From contig JAZRKN010000015.1 in the NCBI GenBank assembly GCA_045646345.1, forward strand, positions 64,001 through 128,000: a DNA stretch of 64,000 nucleotides. The letters run 5' to 3'. This DNA is from Candidatus Scatovivens sp. (GTDB lineage: Bacteria; Bacillota; Clostridia; TANB77; CAG-508). Shown here in pieces: positions 1 through 11,000 of the stretch. Made by a program: the position numbers and the translations under genes. A model generated the notes under the pieces. That model saw nothing but the letters and a program-made list of their open reading frames with translations, was not told the origin of the DNA and did not search any database. Position 1 is the stretch's first letter, and every line of letters begins with the position of its first letter.

Positions 1-1389
1 ATCATTTTTTTCTTCTATAGTTTCTTTAGCATTTTCTGTTTCAATTTTTTCTTCTGCAGTCTCTTCTTTTTCTTTTACAACTTCAGTTATTTTAGCTGAT
101 TCTTCTATTTCTTTTTCTTCTACTTTTTCATTTCTTGCATTTATATTTACTTCGATTGTATCTTGAACAACTTGTGTTTTTCTCAAATCAAGATTTATTT
201 TTGGTGTATCTTTTGAAATCTCTTTCAATAATCTTTCTGTTTCTTCTTTTAATGAATTTTCTTTTGCTTTATTGAATTCATCTCTTTTTAAAACTCTAGT
301 TTCAAATTTAGATTCATCATCTTTCTTATCTTCAGAATCTTTTTTTGCATCTTCTATTATTTCTTCAACTTTGCTATCAACTACTTCATCAAAGTTTCCT
401 GTTGAGAACACTACTTCAAAAGCTTTTTCGATTTCTCTACACTCAGCAATCATATAAACTGCAACATTTCTTTTCCACATATTAACAAAGTTTATGTGTT
501 CTTTTCTAACTTCAAACAAATTGGTTGATGTCTTTTTTAATTCGTTTAATTCTTTAGTTATTCTTTCGATATCATCTAAATCTTCTTCTCTTTCTGTATC
601 CAAATAATTGTCTGTCATTTCTTTTTCTTCAATTTCAGATTCATATCTACTTAATAATTGTTCCAATTTTCTAATGTTTTCAAAATTTGTTACATTGTCT
701 TGTTCTAATGTTATACATTCTTCTAATTTTTTATTTATTGAATAAGAATTTTCTAAAATATAAGTATATAAACCATTTCTTTCTCTATCTGTTAATTCAT
801 CTAATTCTTGTTTTTCTAATTCGATATCATATACTTTTAAAAGTTTTGAATTCTTTTCTAATTTCTTTTCATCAAGTTCAGTAATAAATTTAACTTTTGT
901 AAATGGGGCAATTAAAACTTCATTTTTATATTTTTTATCTTTTAAAACATCTTTTATATAAATATAAGGTATATTTTCATCTAAAACAAAATTCATACAA
1001 GCTGGTCTATTCCAAATTGCAGAATATGTATTTATAGCTTCATTTTCATTTTCTGTAGCACTCAAAAATCTATCTATATAAAGTTCTGATTTTACTCTTT
1101 CAACTTCTGATAAATTAGTACCTCTATATATTTTTTTTGGTAGCTTACTTTTCTTGCTATAATAATATTTTAAAATCAATCTGTATATTAATTTTATATT
1201 TTTTAAATATTCAATAACTGATTCTCTATTATATACAATTGAAACTACTTTATTTTCTACTTCCGAACTCAATAAAGCTATGTCGTTTTCAGCATTGCTA
1301 ACAAGCATCTGATTCATAGCTTCATAGTCTTTTTCTTTATATATTTTTAGTGCATTTAATTCTTCTTCTGTTATATTAAAATCCATCAT
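1..1389 (-). CDS. ADP-ribosyltransferase-like (R-S-E / VIP2-C3 fold) N-terminal domain plus long acidic/helical C-terminus; runs off the left edge of the window (partial, absent from ORF track)
   Basis: Open frame from ATG at 1389 (RBS GAGGTGG) to position 1. Translation: MMDFNITEEELNALKIYKEKDYEAMNQML...KIYRGT...RFLSAT...KNEVLIAPFTKV, showing the Y-x4-Y-x3-N, YRG, FLS-x-T and E-V-L motifs of ART toxins. Confidence 0.7.
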   Translation of the reverse strand, partial: MMDFNITEEELNALKIYKEKDYEAMNQMLVSNAENDIALLSSEVENKVVSIVYNRESVIEYLKNIKLIYRLILKYYYSKKSKLPKKIYRGTNLSEVERVKSELYIDRFLSATENENEAINTYSAIWNRPACMNFVLDENIPYIYIKDVLKDKKYKNEVLIAPFTKVKFITELDEKKLEKNSKLLKVYDIELEKQELDELTDRERNGLYTYILENSYSINKKLEECITLEQDNVTNFENIRKLEQLLSRYESEIEEKEMTDNYLDTEREEDLDDIERITKELNELKKTSTNLFEVRKEHINFVNMWKRNVAVYMIAECREIEKAFEVVFSTGNFDEVVDSKVEEIIEDAKKDSEDKKDDESKFETRVLKRDEFNKAKENSLKEETERLLKEISKDTPKINLDLRKTQVVQDTIEVNINARNEKVEEKEIEESAKITEVVKEKEETAEEKIETENAKETIEEKND

Positions 1390-1419
1390 TTGTACCACCT
1401 CATATTTTTTCACAGTACA

Positions 1420-1448
1420 ATTTTATCATTTATATATTTTTTTAGCAA
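1420..1448 (-). promoter_or_regulatory. sigma-A-type promoter of the ART-like gene
   Basis: TTGCTA-17 nt-TAAAAT with extended -10 TG on the minus strand, 30 nt upstream of the ATG. Confidence 0.55.
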
Positions 1449-1609
1449 CATTTTTATAACAAATTTATACTAGTTTTTTTATATTTTTTCCATTGCTAAA
1501 AAGCATTGATATTTCAGCGTTTACAAGGTGTTTTTATTTTTGTTTTTTTGACTATTATTTTTACAAAAAATTTACAGTTTCAAAACATTAGAAAAAGAGT
1601 ATTTTTTTC

Positions 1610-1646
1610 AAAAAAATAAAGAATTCTTTTTTGAATTCTTTATTTT
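1610..1646 (-). terminator. intrinsic terminator after the S41 protease gene
   Basis: Inverted repeat aaaataaagaattc / gaattctttatttt followed by a T-run on the minus strand. Confidence 0.65.
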
Positions 1647-1652
1647 CAAATC

Positions 1653-2870
1653 TTATTTTAATAATTCTATTGCTTTGTCTAGTTGAGTATCTTTGCTTAA
1701 ATCTTCTGGTAGATCAATGTCATAATCTGGTTTTACTCCAACTTTATTTATTTTTTGTTCTGTCGGTGTAAAATATTCACTAACAGTTAGTTTTAATACA
1801 CTACCATCATTTAAAGAAAGAACACTTTGAATTACACCTTTTCCATATGTTGTTTTTCCAACAACTTTAGCTCTATCATTTTCTTTTAAAGCTGCAACTA
1901 ATATTTCTGAGGCACTTGCTGAATATTCATTAACTAGTACAACAATCTCTCCTTCTACTATCGGAGCTTTTTGAGATTTATTTATCTCTTTATTTCCTTT
2001 AGCATCTACTGTAATTAATTCTATATTTCCTTTTTGAAGAATCATATCCGCAATATCTAAGCATTCATTTACAAGCCCACCAGTATTATTTCTTAAATCT
2101 ATTATTACATTCTTAGCACCTTTTGCTTTTAAATCTAAATACGCATTTTTAAATTCTTCTGCGCATCCTTCATCAAAAGTTAAAAGAGAAATATATCCAA
2201 TATTTTTTTCTAACATTTCAGATTCTACGTGATATACCTTTATAGATTTTCTTTCAATCTCAAAATCTATATATTCTTCACCTCTTAATACTGTTATCTT
2301 TACTTTGGTTCCTTCTTCTCCCTTAATTTTTGAAGAAACAATTTCAGAATCTATACCAATCATACTTTCATCATTTACGTAGACAATAACATCTCCAGTT
2401 TTTAATCCTGCTTTTTCTGCAGGAGTATCTTTTATCGGAGATACAACTACAACATTACCATTTTTATCTACACTCATATAAATTCCAATGCCAACATAAT
2501 TTCCTAAAGCATCAGCTTGGAATTCTTTCCATTCATCAGCAGTCATATATTGTGAATATTCATCATCTAATCCATTAATATATCCTTTTATTGTTTCATC
2601 AAGCATTTTTTGTTCATCAATTTCACCGATATAATATTCATCAATTACACTTCTAAAACTTTTTAAACTTTCTGCTATAACATTAATATTTTTTGTTTTA
2701 TCTGTTGATAATTCACCTTTATTAATCAACCCATCTTTTGTGTAATAATATAATGTGAACTCTGAAGCAGCAACTGCTGCAAGAATAGAAATTATTATTA
2801 TCAAAAAAGTATATTTTACTTTTAAAGATTTTTTCTCTTTTTCAAATTCTTCAAATCTTTCTTCTTCCAT
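1653..2870 (-). CDS. C-terminal processing protease, S41A family (CtpA/CtpB-like), with PDZ domain and N-terminal TM
   Basis: GIGI PDZ loop, IIDLRNNTGG, SASASE catalytic Ser and GKTTYGKG catalytic Lys. Sits downstream of ftsEX-M23, as is typical for Firmicutes. Confidence 0.93.
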   Translation of the reverse strand: MEEERFEEFEKEKKSLKVKYTFLIIIISILAAVAASEFTLYYYTKDGLINKGELSTDKTKNINVIAESLKSFRSVIDEYYIGEIDEQKMLDETIKGYINGLDDEYSQYMTADEWKEFQADALGNYVGIGIYMSVDKNGNVVVVSPIKDTPAEKAGLKTGDVIVYVNDESMIGIDSEIVSSKIKGEEGTKVKITVLRGEEYIDFEIERKSIKVYHVESEMLEKNIGYISLLTFDEGCAEEFKNAYLDLKAKGAKNVIIDLRNNTGGLVNECLDIADMILQKGNIELITVDAKGNKEINKSQKAPIVEGEIVVLVNEYSASASEILVAALKENDRAKVVGKTTYGKGVIQSVLSLNDGSVLKLTVSEYFTPTEQKINKVGVKPDYDIDLPEDLSKDTQLDKAIELLK

Positions 2871-2885
2871 TTGTATTCCTTTCGA

Positions 2886-4061
2886 TTATGGTAAGTATGG
2901 TGTAGGATTTGTTGGGCTACCACCTATACGAACTTCAAAGTGTAAGTGTGGCCCTGTTGAATTTCCTGTTGAACCAACTTGACCTATTGGTTGACCTTGA
3001 GAAACTGATTGCCCTACAGACACAGCTCTAGAGCCAGATAACATATGTGCATATAATGTCATTGTTCCATCATGATGATCTATAACAACATATTCACCAT
3101 AAGATCTATATTTTCCCTTTGAATTTCTTAGTGCAGTAGATGTTACAACAGTTCCTGATTTTACTGCAACAATTGTTGTTCCTGCACCACATGCAAAATC
3201 AACACCTGTATGACCTTTATAACCGTAATATCCTGTTGTTATATTTCTTTTTGTTCTTCCCGGAATTGGGCTTATGTAACCAGCAGCACTTGGCGCTACA
3301 ACTTCACCTTTATAATTTGAAGCTAATTTAGCAAGTTCAGATTGAATTCTTCTCTTATCTTCTTCAAATTCTTCAAGTTGTGCTTGTAATTCTGCTTCTT
3401 CAGCAGATAGACTAGTTACTACAGCTTGTTTTTTACTTACAGAAGTCGCTAAACTTGATTTCTTTTGTTCAATACTTTGTTTTGTTGTTTCAATTTCTGT
3501 TTTAGCTGACACTAAATATTCTTTTTCAGCTTCAATTAATTTTTTTGTATTTTCAATTTTCTTAAGTAAAGCTTCATCCGCTTCAGCCATTTGTTCAATT
3601 AAATAATAATTTGAAATAAAATCAGTTAAATCTTCTGAGCTAAGTAACATATCCAAATAGCTTGTTGTACCAGATTCATACAAAGCAATTAATCTTTCTT
3701 CCAATAGTTTCTTTTGCTCTGTATATTTATTTTCTTGGTCTTGAATAATTATTTCTTTCTCTGATATTTGTGCATTTACTGTATCAAGTTGTGTTTGAAG
3801 TTTTGTAATATCGTTAGTATAACCTGTTATTTCTATATTCAATGAGTTTATTTGACTTAGCGCTGCTGTCATTTGAGACTTTACACCTGCAATTTCTGTA
3901 TTGGTTTGTTCTATTTTTGCATCCAAACTACTTTGTTGATCTCTTAATTCTTGACTAGTTGCTGCAAAAGCAATACCTATACTACTTAATAAAAGCATAA
4001 AGGTTAAAATACTAATACATATTATTCTTCCACAATTTTTAATATTCATAATTTTTTTCAT
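2886..4061 (-). CDS. FtsEX-associated murein hydrolase: CwlO/PcsB-type coiled coil plus M23 peptidase
   Basis: Signal peptide, coiled coil with YLDMLLSSEDLTDF, and M23 motifs HTGVDF, YAHM, STGPHLHFEVR. Confidence 0.9.
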   Translation of the reverse strand: MKKIMNIKNCGRIICISILTFMLLLSSIGIAFAATSQELRDQQSSLDAKIEQTNTEIAGVKSQMTAALSQINSLNIEITGYTNDITKLQTQLDTVNAQISEKEIIIQDQENKYTEQKKLLEERLIALYESGTTSYLDMLLSSEDLTDFISNYYLIEQMAEADEALLKKIENTKKLIEAEKEYLVSAKTEIETTKQSIEQKKSSLATSVSKKQAVVTSLSAEEAELQAQLEEFEEDKRRIQSELAKLASNYKGEVVAPSAAGYISPIPGRTKRNITTGYYGYKGHTGVDFACGAGTTIVAVKSGTVVTSTALRNSKGKYRSYGEYVVIDHHDGTMTLYAHMLSGSRAVSVGQSVSQGQPIGQVGSTGNSTGPHLHFEVRIGGSPTNPTPYLP

Positions 4062-4102
4062 GTTATAAAAAATAACATTTCTCCTTTTTCGTATTTTATT
4101 TT

Positions 4103-5485
4103 TTATTCTTCTGCTATTTCGTTTGTTACTTCAACAATTTGGTCTTCGGTAACTTTATTTTCTGTAATTAAATTTTGTTTATCTTTATTTTCTTTCACAC
4201 TACTAGAATATGATGTTATAAAATCAAGTGGTTCTACATAACCTCCATTTATTCTAACTTCAAAGTGTGCATGTGGTCCTGTTGAATATCCTGTACTTCC
4301 AACCTTCAAAACAGGATTTCCTTGATATACCGTATCACCAACATTTACTAATATTTCTGAACCATGAGCATATAATGTTGTAATACCACCACCGTGGTCT
4401 ACTATAACCATCATTCCATAAGCTTTATTCCATCCTGCATATGTTACAACTCCATCATTTGCAGCAATAAAACTCGCCCCCATTGGTGCTCCTATATCAA
4501 CTCCTGTATGAAGTTTATATACACCAGTTATTGGATGTGTTCTCATTCCAAATGTAGATGTTATTCTAGTGTAACCAGGAACTGGCCATGCCATTGAACC
4601 TCCAACATAATCTTCACCAATATTAGCAATTGCTAATAATCTAATTTCTGTTTCTATATCTGCAATTTGTTTTTGATATTCTTCAATTGCTTGATGTAAC
4701 GCAAATTCTTCTTCTGATAATTGTTTTAATCTACTGTTTTTGATTTTCCCCATATTTTCAAGAGATATAGCATGTTTTTCTCTAGTTTCTCTTGAAGCTG
4801 TTAGAACTAATTTCTTTGTATCTAAAGCTTGTTTCAATTTCTTATTATATTTTTTCTCAGCTTCAACCGTCTCTAATAGTTCAGTATCAGCTTTTGTAAT
4901 TTCTTCGATTAAATAATAATTAGATAGAAATTCCATTATAGATTTTGAATTAAGCAATAAATCTAAATAAGATGTATCACTCATTTCATACATTGCTACA
5001 AGTCTTTTTTCTAATAATGCTTTTTGCTCATCATACCTTCTATTAGACTTTTCCAACTCTTTCTCAGCTTCAGCAATATATCCAAGCAAATCTTTTTCTT
5101 GAGCAGCTAACGTCTCGATTTCCATTTGCTTATCCATAATTTTTTGATTTATTGCAGCAATTTCTGCAACAGTTACTGTTAATTCGCTCTCAATAAATTG
5201 AATTTGAGAATTAGAAGATTCAATTTCACTTTCCAAATTATTCTTTTCTACCTGAAGTTCATCTAAATCTTTTTCTCTTTTTTCTTCTTCAGATTCTAGA
5301 ATTTCGTCTATATTTTCTACTCCATCTATTTCTTCTGGAACTTGATTCGTATCTTCTTGTATTATCTCTTCTACTTTATCTTTAAGTTCAAAATCATGTG
5401 TTGCTGCATAAATTTCTATTCCTAAATTGCATAATAAACAAAATATTACTAAAATTATTAAATTAATTTTAATAAATTTTTTCAT
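4103..5485 (-). CDS. second coiled-coil plus M23 peptidase (paralog of 2886..4061)
   Basis: Signal peptide, YLDLLLNSKSIMEF, HTGVDIG, LYAHG, STGPHAHFEVR. Confidence 0.9.
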   Translation of the reverse strand: MKKFIKINLIILVIFCLLCNLGIEIYAATHDFELKDKVEEIIQEDTNQVPEEIDGVENIDEILESEEEKREKDLDELQVEKNNLESEIESSNSQIQFIESELTVTVAEIAAINQKIMDKQMEIETLAAQEKDLLGYIAEAEKELEKSNRRYDEQKALLEKRLVAMYEMSDTSYLDLLLNSKSIMEFLSNYYLIEEITKADTELLETVEAEKKYNKKLKQALDTKKLVLTASRETREKHAISLENMGKIKNSRLKQLSEEEFALHQAIEEYQKQIADIETEIRLLAIANIGEDYVGGSMAWPVPGYTRITSTFGMRTHPITGVYKLHTGVDIGAPMGASFIAANDGVVTYAGWNKAYGMMVIVDHGGGITTLYAHGSEILVNVGDTVYQGNPVLKVGSTGYSTGPHAHFEVRINGGYVEPLDFITSYSSSVKENKDKQNLITENKVTEDQIVEVTNEIAEE

Positions 5486-5493
5486 TATATATA

Positions 5494-6468
5494 TTATACC
5501 TCCAAGTACTTTTTCATTGACATTGAACTACCTAAAATACCAATACCAATACCTAAAATAGCATATACAGCTGTAATTGTTTTTGCTATTTCTGAGAATG
5601 CAAGTAATGTTATGCTCATCTTTTGTAGTACTTTTGATGCTTCTATATTTTGTATTACTAAATCATATAATATTCCAACAATTAATAGTGTTATAATTGC
5701 TGCAATAATACCAATTATAATACCTTCAATAATAAATGGCCATCTAATAAATCCATTTGTTGCTCCAACATATTTCATTATTGATATTTCTTTTCTTCTT
5801 GCATGAACAGTAAGTTTTATTGTATTTGAAATAATTGTTATTGAAATAATTAATAATACAACAAATATAACACCAATAGTTATTCTAACACCTTTTGCTA
5901 TTGTTATTAATGTTGCTATTGTGCTATCTTTACTTGTTATATTTTTTATAACAGTATCATGAAGAGTTGAACCTTCAACATTTAAATCTACTTGTTCACT
6001 TCTACCTTGTGTTGCAATTTTCGCACCAATTCTTTCAATTTCTTTTTGAATTTCATCAGTTCTCTCTAAATTTGTTAAAGTAACAACAAATGATGCTGGG
6101 AAAATATTATTTTCTCCTTCGTAACCAGCCATCAATTCTTGATTATCTTTAAATCTAGATTTCATATCTTCTAAAGCTTCTTGTTTGTTTTTAAAAACAA
6201 CTGTATTTACACCATCTAAAGCTTTTATCTCTTTTTCAAAATCAGTTTTTTGAGCTTCAGTAGTTTCGTCCCAAATAAAAACTTGCATACCTTGTTTCAT
6301 TTGAACTTGTTCTAGTACTGAATTAACATTAACTCCAATTGCAAAAAATAATCCAAATAAAAACATTGTACAAATCATTGTCATAATTGATATGATTGTT
6401 GATTTTTTATTTTTAAAAATATTACTAAAACCTTCTTTAATTAAATATGAAAAACCATTATACCCCAC
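5494..6468 (-). CDS. ftsX: cell division permease FtsX
   Basis: YLIKEGFSNIFKNK start, ISNTIKLTVHARRKEISIMKYVGATNGFIRWPFIIEG. Probable GTG start at 6468 overlaps the ftsE stop (track start 6492). Confidence 0.95.
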   Translation of the reverse strand: MGYNGFSYLIKEGFSNIFKNKKSTIISIMTMICTMFLFGLFFAIGVNVNSVLEQVQMKQGMQVFIWDETTEAQKTDFEKEIKALDGVNTVVFKNKQEALEDMKSRFKDNQELMAGYEGENNIFPASFVVTLTNLERTDEIQKEIERIGAKIATQGRSEQVDLNVEGSTLHDTVIKNITSKDSTIATLITIAKGVRITIGVIFVVLLIISITIISNTIKLTVHARRKEISIMKYVGATNGFIRWPFIIEGIIIGIIAAIITLLIVGILYDLVIQNIEASKVLQKMSITLLAFSEIAKTITAVYAILGIGIGILGSSMSMKKYLEV

Positions 6469-7144
6469 TATTATAACCACCTTTTTTATCATCTCTTATG
6501 ATTATACCTTTATCGATTTGTATAACCCTTTTTTTCATTGCATCAACTATATCTTTCGCATGTGTTGCCATTACTACAGTTGTTCCTCTTGCATTAATGT
6601 CATTTAATAATCTCATTATATCCCAAGCTGTATCTGGATCTAAGTTACCAGTAGGCTCATCTGCAATAATCATTGTTGGATTATTAACCAAAGCTCTAGC
6701 TAAAGCTACTCTTTGTTGTTCTCCACCAGATAATTCATTTGGATAACATTTTGCTTTATTACTTAATCCAACTAATGAAAGTACCATTGGAACTTGTCTT
6801 CTTATATGTTTTGGTGTAGCTTTAACAATATACATTGCAAATGCAACATTTTCATAAACTGTTTTATCAGGAAGTAATCTAAAGTCTTGGAAAACTACTC
6901 CCATACTTCTACGTAAAAATGGAACTCTATTTGGTTTTAAAAATGTTATATCTTTTCCATTTATAATTATATTTCCTCTACTAGCTTCTTCTTCTTTTAA
7001 TATTAATTTAATTAAGGTTGATTTTCCAGAACCAGAAGATCCAACTAAAAATGCAAATTCACCTTTATCTATTGTAAAAGTAGCATTGTGAACCGCTTCT
7101 GTACCTGTATCATATATTTTACTTACATTCTTGAATTCTATCAT
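6458..7144 (-). CDS. ftsE: cell division ATP-binding protein FtsE
   Basis: MIEFKNVSKIY, Walker A GSSGSGKST, VVFQDFRLL, LSGGEQQRV, DEPTGNLD. Probable ATG at 7144 (track start 7201). Confidence 0.96.
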   Translation of the reverse strand: MIEFKNVSKIYDTGTEAVHNATFTIDKGEFAFLVGSSGSGKSTLIKLILKEEEASRGNIIINGKDITFLKPNRVPFLRRSMGVVFQDFRLLPDKTVYENVAFAMYIVKATPKHIRRQVPMVLSLVGLSNKAKCYPNELSGGEQQRVALARALVNNPTMIIADEPTGNLDPDTAWDIMRLLNDINARGTTVVMATHAKDIVDAMKKRVIQIDKGIIIRDDKKGGYNSGV

Positions 7145-7203
7145 TAATTTTTCGCACCTTTCTCTTTCGCGATTTTTCCCATAATATAATTTTTTACTCA
7201 CAC

Positions 7204-7232
7204 ATCATATCAATAAATATATAAAATTGCAA
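7204..7232 (-). promoter_or_regulatory. sigma-A-type promoter of the ftsEX operon
   Basis: TTGCAA-17 nt-TATGAT with TG at -15/-14 on the minus strand. Confidence 0.5.
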
Positions 7233-7286
7233 GTAAATTACTGGATTATTTGGTGTTTTTTTAGCTTCAATTTCAATAAAAAAAGC

Positions 7287-7330
7287 AAAAAAAATATCGA
7301 AATAATATTTCTATTATTTCGATATTTTTT
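7287..7330 (-). terminator. intrinsic terminator
   Basis: Perfect inverted repeat aaaaaatatcgaaataata-tttc-tattatttcgatatttttt just after the 7336..8016 stop. Confidence 0.75.
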
Positions 7331-7335
7331 AATCT

Positions 7336-8016
7336 TTAATTAATTACTTTTCCAGGTCTATTTTCAATCTCAACTATAGGATTTGTATTTTTCTCATATT
7401 CATAATTCAAATACTTTTCATCAACATTTGCAGAACAATCTATTGGAGTTTTTGTAGGTTGTTTTGCATTTAATAAATTCAATTTCAAAGCAATTCTTGA
7501 ATTATCTTTATATTTTACTAATAATACAAATTCTACACCATTCGTTGATTTTCTTATTGAATTTGGAACTATTATATATTCCTCAACTTCAATTTCTTCA
7601 CCATTTAAATTTTTAAAGACATTTATAAATTTTATAAAATCATTCTTATCAGTTATACCCAAGTCTTTTCTGACTTTTTCTGAATTTCTATCAAAATATT
7701 TTCCAATTGTATCTTCGTTAAAGTTTCCTTTAAATTTACTATAATACTCTTGAGCAATATCATTAACTAAAAGATACATAGCTTTATAAACACTTCCTTG
7801 ATTAACTCTTCCTGTATATTCTACAAAAAGAGGAGAAACGTTTAATGGTGTCTTTTCCATATCTGCTTTTTTGCTTTCATTATAAATATAATTCAATCTT
7901 CTATCAGTTGGATCCATTAATAACACTAGCATAATAGCAATCATTGCAATAATAACAATCCCAAGCACTGTAATTAATGTTCTAACTTTATTAGCATCTA
8001 TTTTTAAATTTTTCAT
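7336..8016 (-). CDS. hypothetical single-pass membrane protein (226 aa), co-transcribed with the giant hydrolase
   Basis: RBS GAGGAGG, N-terminal TM (LITVLGIVIIAMIAIMLVLLM), and an 18-nt gap from the upstream gene. Confidence 0.75.
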   Translation of the reverse strand: MKNLKIDANKVRTLITVLGIVIIAMIAIMLVLLMDPTDRRLNYIYNESKKADMEKTPLNVSPLFVEYTGRVNQGSVYKAMYLLVNDIAQEYYSKFKGNFNEDTIGKYFDRNSEKVRKDLGITDKNDFIKFINVFKNLNGEEIEVEEYIIVPNSIRKSTNGVEFVLLVKYKDNSRIALKLNLLNAKQPTKTPIDCSANVDEKYLNYEYEKNTNPIVEIENRPGKVIN

Positions 8017-8034
8017 TCGTTCCTCCTCACAATT

Positions 8035-11000
8035 CTATTTGAAATCAAATTGAAATACTGAAGTATCTCTTGTTCTTACCCATTTTTCAATATCTTCAGT
8101 TGTTGCTGCTCCTGATAATATTTCTAAAGCAATTTGTGGTTCGTTGTAAGCTCTTCCAGATTCTTCATCACCAGTAGCTTCTCCAGCTGTTGAACTTGTA
8201 TTTGCAATTGTATTTCTTACTTTTAAAACAATTTCTTCATCTGAAGAACTCTCATAATCAGATAACCAATCAGTAGATGCTCCCCAAACTCTTAAATGCA
8301 TTACCGCACCTTGAACACATGATGGTCTTTCTTCAAGCCATGGATATGATTTTAGTAACGGTGTTAGATATTGTTCCTTAGCAACTTCCATTTGAACTGA
8401 TAAGAATCCATCTCTGTCTGCATCACAGATTTGACTTAAAACTTTTTGGAATTCTCTTGTTCCACTATTCCAATCATCCCAGAAGTTTTGAGCTGACCAA
8501 CTTTCATAAGCTTTCAATGGGCCACATAAAGATGAATTAGCTTCTAAACATCCTGGTATAAATTGACCAGCAATATTATTCATATTCTTGCCTGTTAATA
8601 CTGTCCATTGAATAATACCAACAGCCGTCTCACCAGTAGAACATGTTCCTTGTGATTCTGGTCCACAACCGTCTTCATCTGTACCTCCACTTTCAAATGG
8701 TAGCCAGAAGAATAATTCCCAATCATTTGGTGGGCTTTGTGTAACAACATCAAGTTTCATATAATTTTCAACATCTTCAACAGGTGTAACATTAGCAGCT
8801 TCTTGCATAATTATTCTTAAGTAGTTACCAATCAATTTATCTTGGAATACATAATCTTCTGATTTTAACTCTGCTTCTGTTTTTGTCATTGATATTTTAT
8901 AATCTTCTAATTCTTCATCTTCTCTTAAGTCTTCTACAACTTCTCTATCTGTAAATGTTCTACCTATAACAGTTCCCTCTTTGATATATATTACGTCATC
9001 AACTTCCATTGCAGGATATGCATCAGCTTTTATTAATTCTTCTAAATTAATTCTTTCTGTTGCTTTCTTACTTGCTAATTTATATTCATCTGCCATTTCA
9101 TATTGACTTATAATTAATTCATTTTCATCTTCAATTTTACTTGGTGCTATTTTGAAACTATCTATAGTTAAATCTTTACCATCAGGTTTTGTTGTTTCGT
9201 CAGCTACACTTCCATCATCATTTGTATCTACAAACTCTTCATCAGGAAGTTCGCATTTAAATCCATCAATAAATATTGTATAACCAGAAATTAATTTTCT
9301 AACTGGTTCAGGATTTTCTTCTCCATCTTCATTAGATTCAGAATTTACATAGATTCCATATGTAGAATACATTTCAGCAAATTCTTTGTAACCATATATT
9401 GTTTCAGCTAATAATCCATTACTTGTCTTTGTAGGATCTAATAAATCTTCCAATTCAGATTCTTTAGTTATTTTATCACGGAATACTCCGCTAGAATCTA
9501 GCAATCCTTCTTTATCACCAAGATTTGACCAATATGAGTTTATATTTGATTCTAAATGTTCAAAATCTTCTTTAGTCATAACTCTAATTACAGCATAACC
9601 AACTTCATCATAAACTGGTTCATAATTTTCTTCTGTTGTTTCATCAGTACCTGTACCTTCTGGTAATGTTTCTCCTGGAAGTTCTACATCTTTAATTTCA
9701 CCAGTTTCTTCATCTAAAGTTATTTTTACTGAAGGACCGTATTTCAAATCAACATTTTCTCTTTTTTGATCTTCATCTCTATTATATGTTCCATAATCTA
9801 TAAGAACACCTGTTACAGGAGAAACTACAGCTTCATTTCCTTCATAACCTTCATATAATGCATCTTCTGATTTTCCCCAAGGTAATCTTAATATATATTC
9901 AGCGCCAGAGAATGGTTGTGTTATAAATCCTATACTAGAACCATCATTCCCTTCAGTTGCTCCAATTGGAACTTCATGTCCACCATTATATTGTACAAAT
10001 CCACCGTTCTTTTTCTCACCAACGATTTCAATATGTCCACTAGAGTATACTATATCTCCTTCTTTTAGTGGTTCTGATGCTGGATAACGTTCTGCTCCTA
10101 ATTCATTCATTATGTAATCACCTAGGTTTTTAGCACCACCTGCACCACCATTTTTAGCAATTAAGCCAACATTTTGTAAAGCCCATTTTACTAATCTATC
10201 ACAGCAGAAGTTATTTCTTCCTGGTGCTTTTGAACTTTCAAAGTCAGGAGCTAAATCACACTCATTTTTATGGATTGAGTGTTTACAGTGGTTTGCTGTA
10301 CAAGGACAAGTTTTAGTTGTAAGTTTTGCACATTTACCACTAGTTGCATATTGTGCAACACATTCATCAGAACATGTACATGTATCACCATTACCATCAT
10401 TTCCAGGCTCACATATAACACAATAATCATATCCTACAGTGTTAATATATTCACACATTTCCCTTGTTGCTTTCAAAAATTCTTTAAGTGGAACTTGTCT
10501 AGCAGTTTTTAAAACTTCTCCTCCGACTGCTCCAACTTCTTGAGTATTGGCAATCGGATTAGCTGATAATGACAATCTATTATTTACTACCCTTGTTACT
10601 TCACTTTCAATTCCAGAAACAGCTGATTGTGAATTTTCTACTGGTGTTTCTGTTGCTTCAGAAGCTTCATTATCCAAATCACCAACCATACTCTCTGCAA
10701 TTTCTATATTAATATATTCTTTATTTGTCTCAATATCATATTTTGAGTGAATCATAGTTCCTTTTTCTTGAACTCTTTTATCTATACTTCTAGCAGGGTA
10801 CTCTGCAGAACCAATATCAGGAATTGGGAATTGTAATAATCTTGGAGTTTCATCTGTTAACTCTTCTTTCTCAAAATATCCAAGTTCTACAATAAGTTCT
10901 TTAAAGTCTCTATAAATATAATCAGCATCTAATGTATGTGTATTTTCCAACATACTAAATGCATTTAATGCATCTTGTGTTAATACTTCAAGTCTTCCTG

